A stretch of DNA of 64,000 nt from positions 1 through 64,000 of the IMG/VR virus record IMGVR_UViG_3300009009_000011, one strand, 5' to 3'. Positions within the stretch are counted from its first letter, which is position 1, and every line of letters starts with the position of its first letter. Positions 20,425 to 29,790 of this stretch are shown piece after piece. The stretch comes from a virus. The position numbers and the translations under genes were made by a program. The notes under the pieces are model-generated. The model was not told where the DNA came from. It saw only the letters and a list, made by a program, of their open reading frames with translations, and did no database searches.

Positions 20425-20518
20425 ACGTCTCATAAAGTTTTTAGGCCATGACGACCACGGTTTACGAGCTTACCTTTAACCGTACACATTTGGGTTTATT
20501 TCTGGAGTAGCAACCAGA

Positions 20519-20998
20519 TTAAAATCTGTCGTTTTCGAGTTGAATTTTGATGGCTTCTACAGCACGATTTGCTTCATCTGCCATTTCCTGTGCCCTTTCG
20601 AGTTCTATTTCAGTAAGTACTCTTGCTACAGCTCGTGCGTTTTCTTCTGTTGCAAAAAGACATTCTTCGAGTTTAACAACTCGTCTGCCTTCTTTTGGTA
20701 CATCAATAACTCCGTTGATAGTTATACAACCCTCTTTTGCTTTGTTGGTAAGACTGTCTACAACAAAAGACTTGATACCAACAACTTTTGGAGCAAATTC
20801 TTTCTTTTTACCTTTAGCTTTATCGTCCCAGGGCTTAGACTTTAAAGTATAGATATTCTGTTCCAACTTAATGTCCCTTGGGTTTAGGGTATCAATCTCA
20901 AGAGCTAAGTCATCGAGATTAGATGCATTTCTTGCTGCATTTGCAATTTCCTTAACATTTAATGTAATGTTAACTACTTCGTTCTTTTCTTTTGACAT
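20519..20998 (-). CDS. Hypothetical protein
   Basis: 159-aa ORF with natural composition. Confidence 0.7.
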   Translation of the reverse strand: MSKEKNEVVNITLNVKEIANAARNASNLDDLALEIDTLNPRDIKLEQNIYTLKSKPWDDKAKGKKKEFAPKVVGIKSFVVDSLTNKAKEGCITINGVIDVPKEGRRVVKLEECLFATEENARAVARVLTEIELERAQEMADEANRAVEAIKIQLENDRF

Positions 20999-21019
20999 GA
21001 TCGTAAATTTAATTTGATT

Positions 21020-21493
21020 TTACTTGATTTGTTTTTTGACTATATAAAATAATTTTTTGTTTTTTGTTAGATGCTTTGTAATATTGGTATCTCGTATTTC
21101 TTTCTTTGGAAGAATTATTCCAGATTTAATATCTTTATAATCCAGTTCAAGTTCTATCCATAAATTTGTTAAAACTTCTTTTGGATTTCCCCATAAACAT
21201 TTTGGTAACTTGTTTCTACTAACATCCCATATATTTTTATAGGGTCTTAAAAAAGTTTTAGTTTCTTCTGTAGATTTATGAAAAGATAATCTTGGTAACT
21301 GTATTATTTTTTGTTTATTAAATAAATTAAATACCAACGCTTTAACTGTTGAAACTTTATATCTAAGTTTTATCCCTCCAACATAAGCATCTTTCACTAT
21401 GACCTTTTTATCAGCAATTTCTGGTATATCACTTTGTATAAGATCATAACGATAAAAAGTTTGTTTTTGCATGGTACTAAATTTTAATTGCAT
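21020..21493 (-). CDS. Basic hypothetical protein
   Basis: 157-aa ORF directly downstream of the large non-coding region. Confidence 0.65.
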   Translation of the reverse strand: MQLKFSTMQKQTFYRYDLIQSDIPEIADKKVIVKDAYVGGIKLRYKVSTVKALVFNLFNKQKIIQLPRLSFHKSTEETKTFLRPYKNIWDVSRNKLPKCLWGNPKEVLTNLWIELELDYKDIKSGIILPKKEIRDTNITKHLTKNKKLFYIVKKQIK

Positions 21494-23258
21494 TTGTGTT
21501 GAAGCACGAGTAACTAACTTATGAGCACATTGTTATCGTAGACAACATTTTAACCCAAAAATTTTACTCTGATGTTTTTATTTATATTATAAGAAAGTTA
21601 TATTGGTTAAGGATATAACGTATCAATCTTATAATCGATGAACCTTGTGAGCAACTATTAAGTACACTCCAATAGTCATACAAATAGGTTTACGCTAATT
21701 ACTCTGTGTGCTTCGGATGCAAGCGTATTACTTAGTTCCCTTCTTCTTCGCTTAGCTTAGAATGTATCTTTTTTTGTACGGACGATGTCGCCGTTAACAC
21801 AAATATTATGTTTTACTTTTTCAGTATGTTGCTTATTATATGATGTCCCACCCTTATAGATAGTGCTATTTACTCCTGTATTTCACCACAGGCTCTAACT
21901 TTTACTTCGATAAATTCTGAAATATATTGAGATATTTTTTGAAAATAAGTAAATTAAATTGTATATTAATGAAATACACAACAAGTTTCGATTTCACACA
22001 TGTATCTATATGTGATGGTGCATATAATAACGGTAGATTTCACCCTCTACCTCACGTCAATGCTAATGTGACTATAGGTTGTCCTTCTATATACAGATAT
22101 CCTTATGACCATTACGGTTTTTTGGCTATTACATCTGTACACTCCAGAATCTGATATGTAGGCATGGATTTATTAACATTATCCAATTTTCGAGACTTAT
22201 TTTATTGCTTATTTCAACGGTGGATTTAAACCACGAAGTCTGACACTCACTGTGAGCTTATGACATCCCAGTTACGGTGGGCTCCCTTTGAACTTAGATA
22301 TAATATGATACCATTGCATATTATAACTTCTCTTGGGACTACGATTACTTTAAGTTTTATTTAAGTATGGTAAAAATAATGCTATATCTACTACTCACGA
22401 TTGGTCTCTGTTCTAATTAGCCTTTGGCATAATTATTTTCGTCAATTGCGGAACAAAGGGTTTGATCTCGTTCTAATCCATCTATCCATTATAAGATGGG
22501 AGCAGCCGTACTTTTTGTTCTACCGTAAGTACCAACGTCACCTAATTAATTAGGAATCTAAAAATCATCGTTTTCCTCTCTATTATACGTTCTGAATCAC
22601 TATAACGTATACCTCCTCTATCGTTACCAGTCAAATGCACTGGTGCTTAAATATTTGAGAAAATGAATTCTCAACTTTCCTCCCACATAGCATTGTATCC
22701 TAATTTTTAGCATTTCATCGGTAACCTTAACAGAGTTATTTTTTGACCCTGGGAATTCCACCCATTGCGTTACTCATTATGTTATATAACTTCGTTCCTA
22801 TACATAAGGTTATCTCAAACCTTGTGGTTTCTCCCATGTCTTACGACACTTCTAACTTTCGGTCTTTAGTTAGCTAACTGTATTAAACTCCTCACCATAT
22901 AACTTGTTTTCTAATAGACAGGTTTTCCCTAATTGTATCAGAATTAGTTTTACGTATCGGGTATACAATCTAGACACATTCTCCATGCATGTTTCGAAAT
23001 ATGCTAGTAAATTGTAGTGACCTCTGTCTTACTCTGTTGACATTCTAACTCAAAGCGAATGCATCCACGGTACTATCGGGTGCAATAAACTTTGTTAAAG
23101 CGGCTATGGCTAAGAGAGAATGAATTACTTCTTTTATAGTTATCATTGTTTAATGCACCACTTTCTGCTTTGTGTTCGGGTTTTCACCACAGTTATTAAA
23201 GGTTTACTCCTACTGGGGTTAATAGCAAATCGCAGCTATCTACTAAACGCAAATAACA
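21494..23258 (-). ncRNA. Candidate giant structured non-coding RNA (one or two RNAs)
   Basis: 1.75 kb with no - strand ORF in the track, inside a densely coding - strand block. It has many short hairpins with GNRA or T-loop-like loops on the - strand, repeated modules and long-range complementarity. Confidence 0.65.
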
Positions 23259-24908
23259 TCAAAGATCTTCATTTGTTGCATTAGCAACAAAATATACAGC
23301 TTTTTTTATTTTTCCATCATGAGTCTTTAAAAGCTTATCATGAAGCACTGTAACACTTTTGATAAAATCAATACCATATTCTTGATTTAGTGTTGCTTTA
23401 TAACTTTTTATAAAATTTTTAAAATCCAATAGACCCATCTTGTTGGCTTCAATAACTTCCTTATTTGGTTTTATCAAAATATGACAATCTTCACCCATCA
23501 TAAATATGAATACTTCCTTGAAATATGGTACATTTTTTAATATACGTTCAAGGTTTTCATAATTACTACCATTGAATGGAGAGTTCTTTATTGCATACTT
23601 TAATTTACCATAAACAAAAAGAAATGTTTTTCCATTAGCAATATCTATAGAAGCATGATCATTAGTGTCATAATACATTCCTTTACTTATTTCTAAGTAG
23701 TTAGCAAAATGATCACTAGCGATTACTAATGCTCCTTCTCCTGTCTGAACATTCAATTCTTTTATACCAACCGTTATATTATTTAGAGGCTCTCCAACAC
23801 AATTTTGTTCTTTGTGTTTCTTTGAGGAATAGTTATTTACAGCTATTACTTGATTAGTTTCTTGTACACCATAAGTAGTGTATATTGGTAACTTACCAAT
23901 AATAGTATGCATAATCCTTGGAGATAAAAATGCATTTAATATAATGATGGCATCTTTACGAGTACCAAAATTAAAGTCCTTTTTTAGACGATGTCGTGCA
24001 ATTAATGTAAATAACCATGAGAAACAAGTTTCTAATAATAATTTACCAAACCATCTAATTTGGTATACATGTTTTACAACTTCATACCAATGATTTTCAA
24101 ATGCATTTGTATTTGTAATAACTATATTTGCCTCTATTTTAGAGAATACAAATCTAGCATCGGAGTATAACGGCCATAATATACACCAAACAGGAGCAAT
24201 TGCGAAACTTATTTCAGAATAAATTGCTTTATTCTTTAAATTTGGCAATAAACTAGTATCTACTAATTTCATGAATGCATTATATACTTCCTCATCGTTG
24301 AAATATACACATTTTGGATAAGTAGAATCAGCTCCAGAAGAGAATACACCTATTTCACGGTTCCTTTTTTTAACATGAAAATCATGAAAGATAATGTCTT
24401 CTAATTCGTTTGCATTATACGGACCATTATTTATGGCTTCTAAATCCATTTCTAGATCTTGATAGGTATAACCTTTTATAAATGGGATGTTATTAATAAA
24501 TAGTTTACTGTCTATATTAAATGCAGTTTTGTAACATGGATTTCCACGCACTCTATTTACAACATCATATTCTTGTACATTAACTGATGTAAATAAGATA
24601 TTTATATCAGAATTAGTTATTATACCAGAAACCATTGCTGATTTTATATTTGGTGGTATTAAATAGAAATCTACATTCTTTAATATAAGTGCGATATAAC
24701 ATGCAATATAAGATGTAGAATTAGCAGCCCACAAGGCAAATCTTAAATCTTGCCCATATTCTTTTTGTATAATATTTATAACATACATGAACTTAAATAC
24801 TTCTTTTATAAAAGCTACAAAAGTAATATAATTTTCATATACATTAACAAATATTTTATCATTCCACCTTAAATGAAAGATGTTGATGATAGCTTGTATT
24901 AATTTCAT
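23259..24908 (-). CDS. Divergent AMP-dependent synthetase/ligase (long-chain acyl-CoA synthetase-like)
   Basis: ANL motifs: A3 FSSGADSTYPK, A5 TYGVQET, A7 YYDTND, A8 YGKLK and A10 LLKTHDGKIKK. Confidence 0.8.
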   Translation of the reverse strand: MKLIQAIINIFHLRWNDKIFVNVYENYITFVAFIKEVFKFMYVINIIQKEYGQDLRFALWAANSTSYIACYIALILKNVDFYLIPPNIKSAMVSGIITNSDINILFTSVNVQEYDVVNRVRGNPCYKTAFNIDSKLFINNIPFIKGYTYQDLEMDLEAINNGPYNANELEDIIFHDFHVKKRNREIGVFSSGADSTYPKCVYFNDEEVYNAFMKLVDTSLLPNLKNKAIYSEISFAIAPVWCILWPLYSDARFVFSKIEANIVITNTNAFENHWYEVVKHVYQIRWFGKLLLETCFSWLFTLIARHRLKKDFNFGTRKDAIIILNAFLSPRIMHTIIGKLPIYTTYGVQETNQVIAVNNYSSKKHKEQNCVGEPLNNITVGIKELNVQTGEGALVIASDHFANYLEISKGMYYDTNDHASIDIANGKTFLFVYGKLKYAIKNSPFNGSNYENLERILKNVPYFKEVFIFMMGEDCHILIKPNKEVIEANKMGLLDFKNFIKSYKATLNQEYGIDFIKSVTVLHDKLLKTHDGKIKKAVYFVANATNEDL

Positions 24909-25276
24909 AATGGAAGTAATACATTGTTAAGAGACCACTCATAATAACTTACATTATTAAAAGCAGAGTCTATAACTATCATAAACCTGTTAGGTCGTCT
25001 TTCACTTTCAGTATCATAGTTTTTGAATACTAAAGAGAATTTAAAATCTCCTGTATCTTCACTATTTTTATTAAGCACTCTCACATCAAATACAGAATGG
25101 GGATTATGCTCAATAAAATGAATTACTTCGTCTCGTTTTTTAGCTATTTCAACTTGCTTGCTGAATGCGGGTAATTCCTTTTTCACATCAGTTTCAAGTT
25201 TGACTAGCTTATTATAGAACAAACTTTCAAGTAGATTGGAAGCGTCCTTGTTTGTTTTTGATATCGTTTGATCCAT
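24905..25276 (-). CDS. Hypothetical protein
   Basis: 123-aa ORF with an ATGA overlap. Confidence 0.65.
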   Translation of the reverse strand: MDQTISKTNKDASNLLESLFYNKLVKLETDVKKELPAFSKQVEIAKKRDEVIHFIEHNPHSVFDVRVLNKNSEDTGDFKFSLVFKNYDTESERRPNRFMIVIDSAFNNVSYYEWSLNNVLLPL

Positions 25277-25853
25277 GTTTTTTTGATTTTATTATTGATG
25301 ATAATGTTGATAATTCAGTTAATAAATCTGATTTTGTCGCATATTTAAAACCAATACCAAGTTCTTCATCAGATAGTCCTTTAATAGAGGATATTACATG
25401 ATTTACTTGTTTAAATGGCCAAACATCTCCAGGAAAATAGATTATACTATCAAATGTATCCCTTGCCTCTACTAGAAAAAGCACATGCTCTGCTCTAGTA
25501 GTATATGTGTGTGGATATAATAAAACATATCCACTTTTTAAATCAGATGGACTGAACCAGAAAAAATCTTCTATATAAATAGGTCTTCGACCTATAATCC
25601 CTCTTATGGATATAGATATATCCCTTTTTAATTCAAAGATTTTATTACCTAATTCATCCGTAATTTCTTTTATATGTCTTTCACTTGGCAACAAAAATGG
25701 AAATCTATTTATAAAAAATTCAGAATTCCTTAAAGATTGTTTTGCAGCATTTGCAATAATTATGGCTTTTGATTTTGATATGCAACTACAAATAATATCA
25801 GCTTGAATTTTCTTTTTCATTATCTCTAATTCTGCTACTTTTGAAGTTGTCAT
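25227..25853 (-). CDS. Hypothetical protein
   Basis: 208-aa ORF. Confidence 0.65.
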   Translation of the reverse strand: MTTSKVAELEIMKKKIQADIICSCISKSKAIIIANAAKQSLRNSEFFINRFPFLLPSERHIKEITDELGNKIFELKRDISISIRGIIGRRPIYIEDFFWFSPSDLKSGYVLLYPHTYTTRAEHVLFLVEARDTFDSIIYFPGDVWPFKQVNHVISSIKGLSDEELGIGFKYATKSDLLTELSTLSSIIKSKKHGSNDIKNKQGRFQST

Positions 25854-25877
25854 ATTTTTTAATTTAAGTTATAAAAG

Positions 25878-25982
25878 AAGCCCTAGTACTACCTATTAGG
25901 TATTAATTTATTTATGCCACGGTTAGTAAATAGGATAAGATTTACCACTTAGAATAAACAAACACAAATAATACTAGGGCTT
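25878..25982. repeat. Inverted repeat (11 bp) enclosing small hairpins
   Basis: AAGCCCTAGTA / TACTAGGGCTT. Confidence 0.6.
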
Positions 25983-25998
25983 AATGTTTTAATAACAA

Positions 25999-28900
25999 TT
26001 ATTCTGTTTGACCAATACTATCATTATAGTTTTCAAAAGCCTTCTTTATCATCTTGTGATGTTCAGTTGGACTTTGTTTTGCTACTCTTACAGTATGTAA
26101 TCCTTTGCCAGAATTTATTGCATTTACGATAGCCTCTCTTAATTTAGAAGAATCATTAAATTTCTTCACTATTGATTTCAGAGATTCTTTGAAACCATGT
26201 TTATCTTTAGCATTAGCTAATTCTTCAAAAGTTTCATTCTCGTATTCTTTACGAGTTTCTCCTATTACTTCTGCTTCCTTAATATTAGCAAGTTCTTTGT
26301 CTGTGTAAACAGTTTTTACCCACTGATTTACTTCAGCTTCAGTCATGCTCATATCAGAAATTTGCTTTTTGTCACAAACCACTGACTTTACAGCTTTTAA
26401 AGCAGAAATTTCGTTTTCTTTTGCTTTATATTTAACTAATACATCTTTAACATCTTTTTCAGATTTAGCTGTTACCAAAGCATCTTTAATGATGTCTGTC
26501 AAATCCTTTGTGTCTGCAGGTGAAACAATAACCTCTTCTTTCTTTGCAGATGTTTCGGTTTTAACAGGCTTTGTAGATACAGCTAATTTGGTTTCTGAAT
26601 CTTTTGGTAAACTTTCACTGAGTGGCGTACCTCTTACTGATTTAAGATTTTCCATATATTTATCATACATGGCTTTGTTCTTAATTTTTGCAGAACTTAC
26701 ACACATCTCTCTTATCTCTTTAAGGCCTGTATCAATCTTATTGTCTCGACAATATATTCTTACTTCATTAGTAAAAGATAATAGCCCAACAGTGGAATCG
26801 CCTATTTTAGAATCTATATGTTCTTGAGCTTTCTTTTTCATTTCCACTATAGATTCAGGTGACGTATACATAGCTCTTGTAAAAGCTTCTAAGTATGAGT
26901 CAAGCATTTCCGGATGCTGTGAGTTAAACATTGGATGAAGCATTTCTGGTTCTTTTGGAAACAGTTTATCAGAAACCTTATCACTTGCCCATTTCTTTAA
27001 ATCATTTAAAGACAGTTTGTTTTCCAAAACTTGTACTTTAATCTCATTTTCGAAATGTTTATAAGATTCAATTTCAGATACTTCATATTTGTTATTAATG
27101 TCGAGTTTATCTTTTATCTCATAAATCTCTTTAATAAATGCAGTAAAACCTTCAAGATTTTTCACTTTGATTATACTGTCGACATTGTCTATTGTACCTT
27201 TTATTGGTAGGAAAGTTTTATCTTTCTTTTCCAAAAGCTTGAGATTTGTTTTAGCAAAATCTTCAGCAGATACTTTAGCTTTACGAGCTTCTATAATAAG
27301 AGGCAATAGTTTTGCTACAGGATATTCCTTTAATGTAGCAACATATGTTTCGTTGATTTCTTCAAACTTCTTTGAAATGAATTTTTGGTAATTATCCTCT
27401 GTAAGTACAAGAGTTCCTGTTTCTTCTGGATCATCAAACTCTTGTCCTTTCATTTTAAGAAGTGTTGGGTGATTTAATACATCCTCTAAAATACCATTAC
27501 TTTTTATTACAGAAAGTATAATACCTTCGAGTTTATCAACTCTCTTCTTCTTTTCTTCTGCTAAAGTTATAGCCGGATCTATTGGCTTCTCGGATGCAGT
27601 ATCTATTTGTTCTGTAGATACATTTCCAGCACCTGTCACATCCGAAGTTACATGCTCCCCCGGTACTTTACTTTGGTCACTTTCAGGTCCTTTTGAAGAT
27701 TCTACGATTACATCAATAAAATGTAGAACATGATAAGAAGTATAAAACATAGCTTTGTTTACAGGTGTTTTGTTATCACTAGCAGTTCCTAACAATATTT
27801 TATGTTTTAACTTTTTAACCATGTTGATTACAAATTCAGTTTCGAATTTATCATCTTTTGGTGCATTTTTAATAGCATCAACAACATTTTGATATTGATC
27901 CTTTTCGTTGTTTTCTTCAAAGACTATCATTTTTTCATAACACATGTGACTAAAGAAGTCTTTAGCGCTTGTAATTAGTTTGGGCCGATTTTCGATAACA
28001 TTTATAAATTCTTTGCTATCTTTATATTCATTAGCAGGGCGAGAATTAAAGAATAAATTAACTTCCTCTTTAATTTTATCCATATTTTGTGCCTTGCCTT
28101 CATCAGACCCACGTAGTTCTTTACATTTGGCTAATAAAGTATCGATGTGTTCTACTTCTTTTTGTAAGGTGCTTTCTTCATTAATATAAGCATTTGATTC
28201 ATTAGATTCTTCTAATTCATCTTCAACTTTTATTTCAGCATCTTTAACTCCAAACTTTTTAAGATTTTCTAAAGTCTTATCAACATTTTCATTTGCTACT
28301 TCAAATATAATGTTACTATATTCTTCCCTGCCTTTTTTAGTTTGTAGTTGAATATATACATCCTCTGGTACGATATCTTTAATATCACACTTTACAGATT
28401 TTAGCCATTTACAAAGGTTATCATAATACTTAGTTGGCACTGCTATTAATGTACCAGGTTCTTCATCAGAAGTCTCTTCCTGGGATGCATTTTCTGAAGC
28501 CACTGTTGTACTTGATGCAGGTTGAGCAGTCTCTTTTGCATCTGTAGTAGGGTTTGTTTCTTTACCAGGATCAGTATCTGCTTCTTTGTCTGGTTTAGCA
28601 GTTTTATTATGCTTTTTGGCAGATTTTTCCAAATCATCAATCCAGCTTTTTACCCTTGCTTCGTGCCATTTTTCAGGTTTTTGTTTTTCCTTAACAGGTA
28701 TATATTTAGCATTTAATAAATAACCTTTTGCTAAATTCAAAGCTTCTTCTTTTTTACCAGCTAAAATTAATTCTTTACACTTTTCAGCTAAAGCATTTTG
28801 CTTAATTGTATCCGGTATCATTTGAATAACTTTTGCTTCTTTTTCCTGTTTTTCAGCAGCCTCTACTAAATAAACAAAATTAGTATTATAATATTTATTA

Positions 28901-29460
28901 GCTTCGGCTTCTGTAGAAATTTCTACAGTTTTGTTATCCCCTAAATCTACAATTGTTTCAATTAATAGATTTATAATTTCTGAATGGATGGTTTCTTTAG
29001 TCTTATGACTTGCAATTGCATCTTTGACAAGATTCTCTAATGTCTTGAAACCCCATCTTTTCTTTTCAGTCTGAGGGCCGAATGGTAAATCTTTATTTTC
29101 ATCTTTTCCACCACTAACCGTAGGAAAGTTTTTATCAAAGAATTTCCTATTTACTCCTAGAGTTTCTGCATCTGATACTACACTATTTAATTCTGATACT
29201 TTGAAAAAGTCAAGAGTAAATTGTGTTCTTGCTAATAATATAGACTCCAGTCTAATTATTTCGAAATTTACAAGGTCTCTCTGAGCTATTTCATCAGGAT
29301 TAATAAGTGTAATTTTACGTCTTGTCCAGTAATCTAGAGCATCTGTAATGTCTTTTGTACTGTTGTACAAGAATGCTCTCAATGAATTAACATCATACTT
29401 TTTAATAGTATCATATATATCATTGTACTGATTTTGTGTTGCTTGATTATTTTTACTCAT
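25999..29460 (-). CDS. Large (1153 aa) helical hypothetical protein with degenerate repeats
   Basis: Long ORF of helical modules separated by low-complexity linkers. Confidence 0.8.
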   Translation of the reverse strand: MSKNNQATQNQYNDIYDTIKKYDVNSLRAFLYNSTKDITDALDYWTRRKITLINPDEIAQRDLVNFEIIRLESILLARTQFTLDFFKVSELNSVVSDAETLGVNRKFFDKNFPTVSGGKDENKDLPFGPQTEKKRWGFKTLENLVKDAIASHKTKETIHSEIINLLIETIVDLGDNKTVEISTEAEANKYYNTNFVYLVEAAEKQEKEAKVIQMIPDTIKQNALAEKCKELILAGKKEEALNLAKGYLLNAKYIPVKEKQKPEKWHEARVKSWIDDLEKSAKKHNKTAKPDKEADTDPGKETNPTTDAKETAQPASSTTVASENASQEETSDEEPGTLIAVPTKYYDNLCKWLKSVKCDIKDIVPEDVYIQLQTKKGREEYSNIIFEVANENVDKTLENLKKFGVKDAEIKVEDELEESNESNAYINEESTLQKEVEHIDTLLAKCKELRGSDEGKAQNMDKIKEEVNLFFNSRPANEYKDSKEFINVIENRPKLITSAKDFFSHMCYEKMIVFEENNEKDQYQNVVDAIKNAPKDDKFETEFVINMVKKLKHKILLGTASDNKTPVNKAMFYTSYHVLHFIDVIVESSKGPESDQSKVPGEHVTSDVTGAGNVSTEQIDTASEKPIDPAITLAEEKKKRVDKLEGIILSVIKSNGILEDVLNHPTLLKMKGQEFDDPEETGTLVLTEDNYQKFISKKFEEINETYVATLKEYPVAKLLPLIIEARKAKVSAEDFAKTNLKLLEKKDKTFLPIKGTIDNVDSIIKVKNLEGFTAFIKEIYEIKDKLDINNKYEVSEIESYKHFENEIKVQVLENKLSLNDLKKWASDKVSDKLFPKEPEMLHPMFNSQHPEMLDSYLEAFTRAMYTSPESIVEMKKKAQEHIDSKIGDSTVGLLSFTNEVRIYCRDNKIDTGLKEIREMCVSSAKIKNKAMYDKYMENLKSVRGTPLSESLPKDSETKLAVSTKPVKTETSAKKEEVIVSPADTKDLTDIIKDALVTAKSEKDVKDVLVKYKAKENEISALKAVKSVVCDKKQISDMSMTEAEVNQWVKTVYTDKELANIKEAEVIGETRKEYENETFEELANAKDKHGFKESLKSIVKKFNDSSKLREAIVNAINSGKGLHTVRVAKQSPTEHHKMIKKAFENYNDSIGQTE

Positions 29461-29509
29461 ATTTGATTTATTTATACGTTGATTACAGAATAACTATTTG
29501 TACAGTATA

Positions 29510-29785
29510 TTAGTCGTTATCTTCAATTTCTTCTAAGAGATTGAGTTCTGCAACTGTTGTAGAAAATAAATCATCTTCTTCCAGTTCCATATATACTTCA
29601 GCACATGTGCGTAACATGTTTTTACGAAGCTTAATAACAGCTTTAGTGGCTTCTTTATCCCCACGTTTAGCTCTTTTTATAGCTTTTTGTAATGCACTTA
29701 AAACGCCTTCTTTATTGGCATCTACTTTTTTAACGACGAGTTTTTTTAATAAATCGTCCCTGTCAGTGAATGTAATTTTACTCAT
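29510..29785 (-). CDS. Hypothetical protein
   Basis: 91-aa ORF. Confidence 0.65.
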   Translation of the reverse strand: MSKITFTDRDDLLKKLVVKKVDANKEGVLSALQKAIKRAKRGDKEATKAVIKLRKNMLRTCAEVYMELEEDDLFSTTVAELNLLEEIEDND

Positions 29786-29790
29786 TGTGA

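Noticed and set aside
21927-22154. 75-aa + strand ORF within the large non-coding region, or the region being coding under another code
   Set aside because: It has a TTG start, is antisense to the whole block and shows no protein-like features. TAA triplets are frequent along the - strand, so recoding TAG or TGA would not open a long ORF.
22670-22690. GAGGAAAGU on the - strand, resembling the RNase P RNA P4 5' strand
   Set aside because: It continues UG rather than CC, and no matching 3' CGGCUUA-type strand was found.
21494-23258. Group I or group II intron, or CRISPR array
   Set aside because: The flanking genes look complete, I could not find domain V or P7-type cores by eye, and there is no regular repeat-spacer periodicity.
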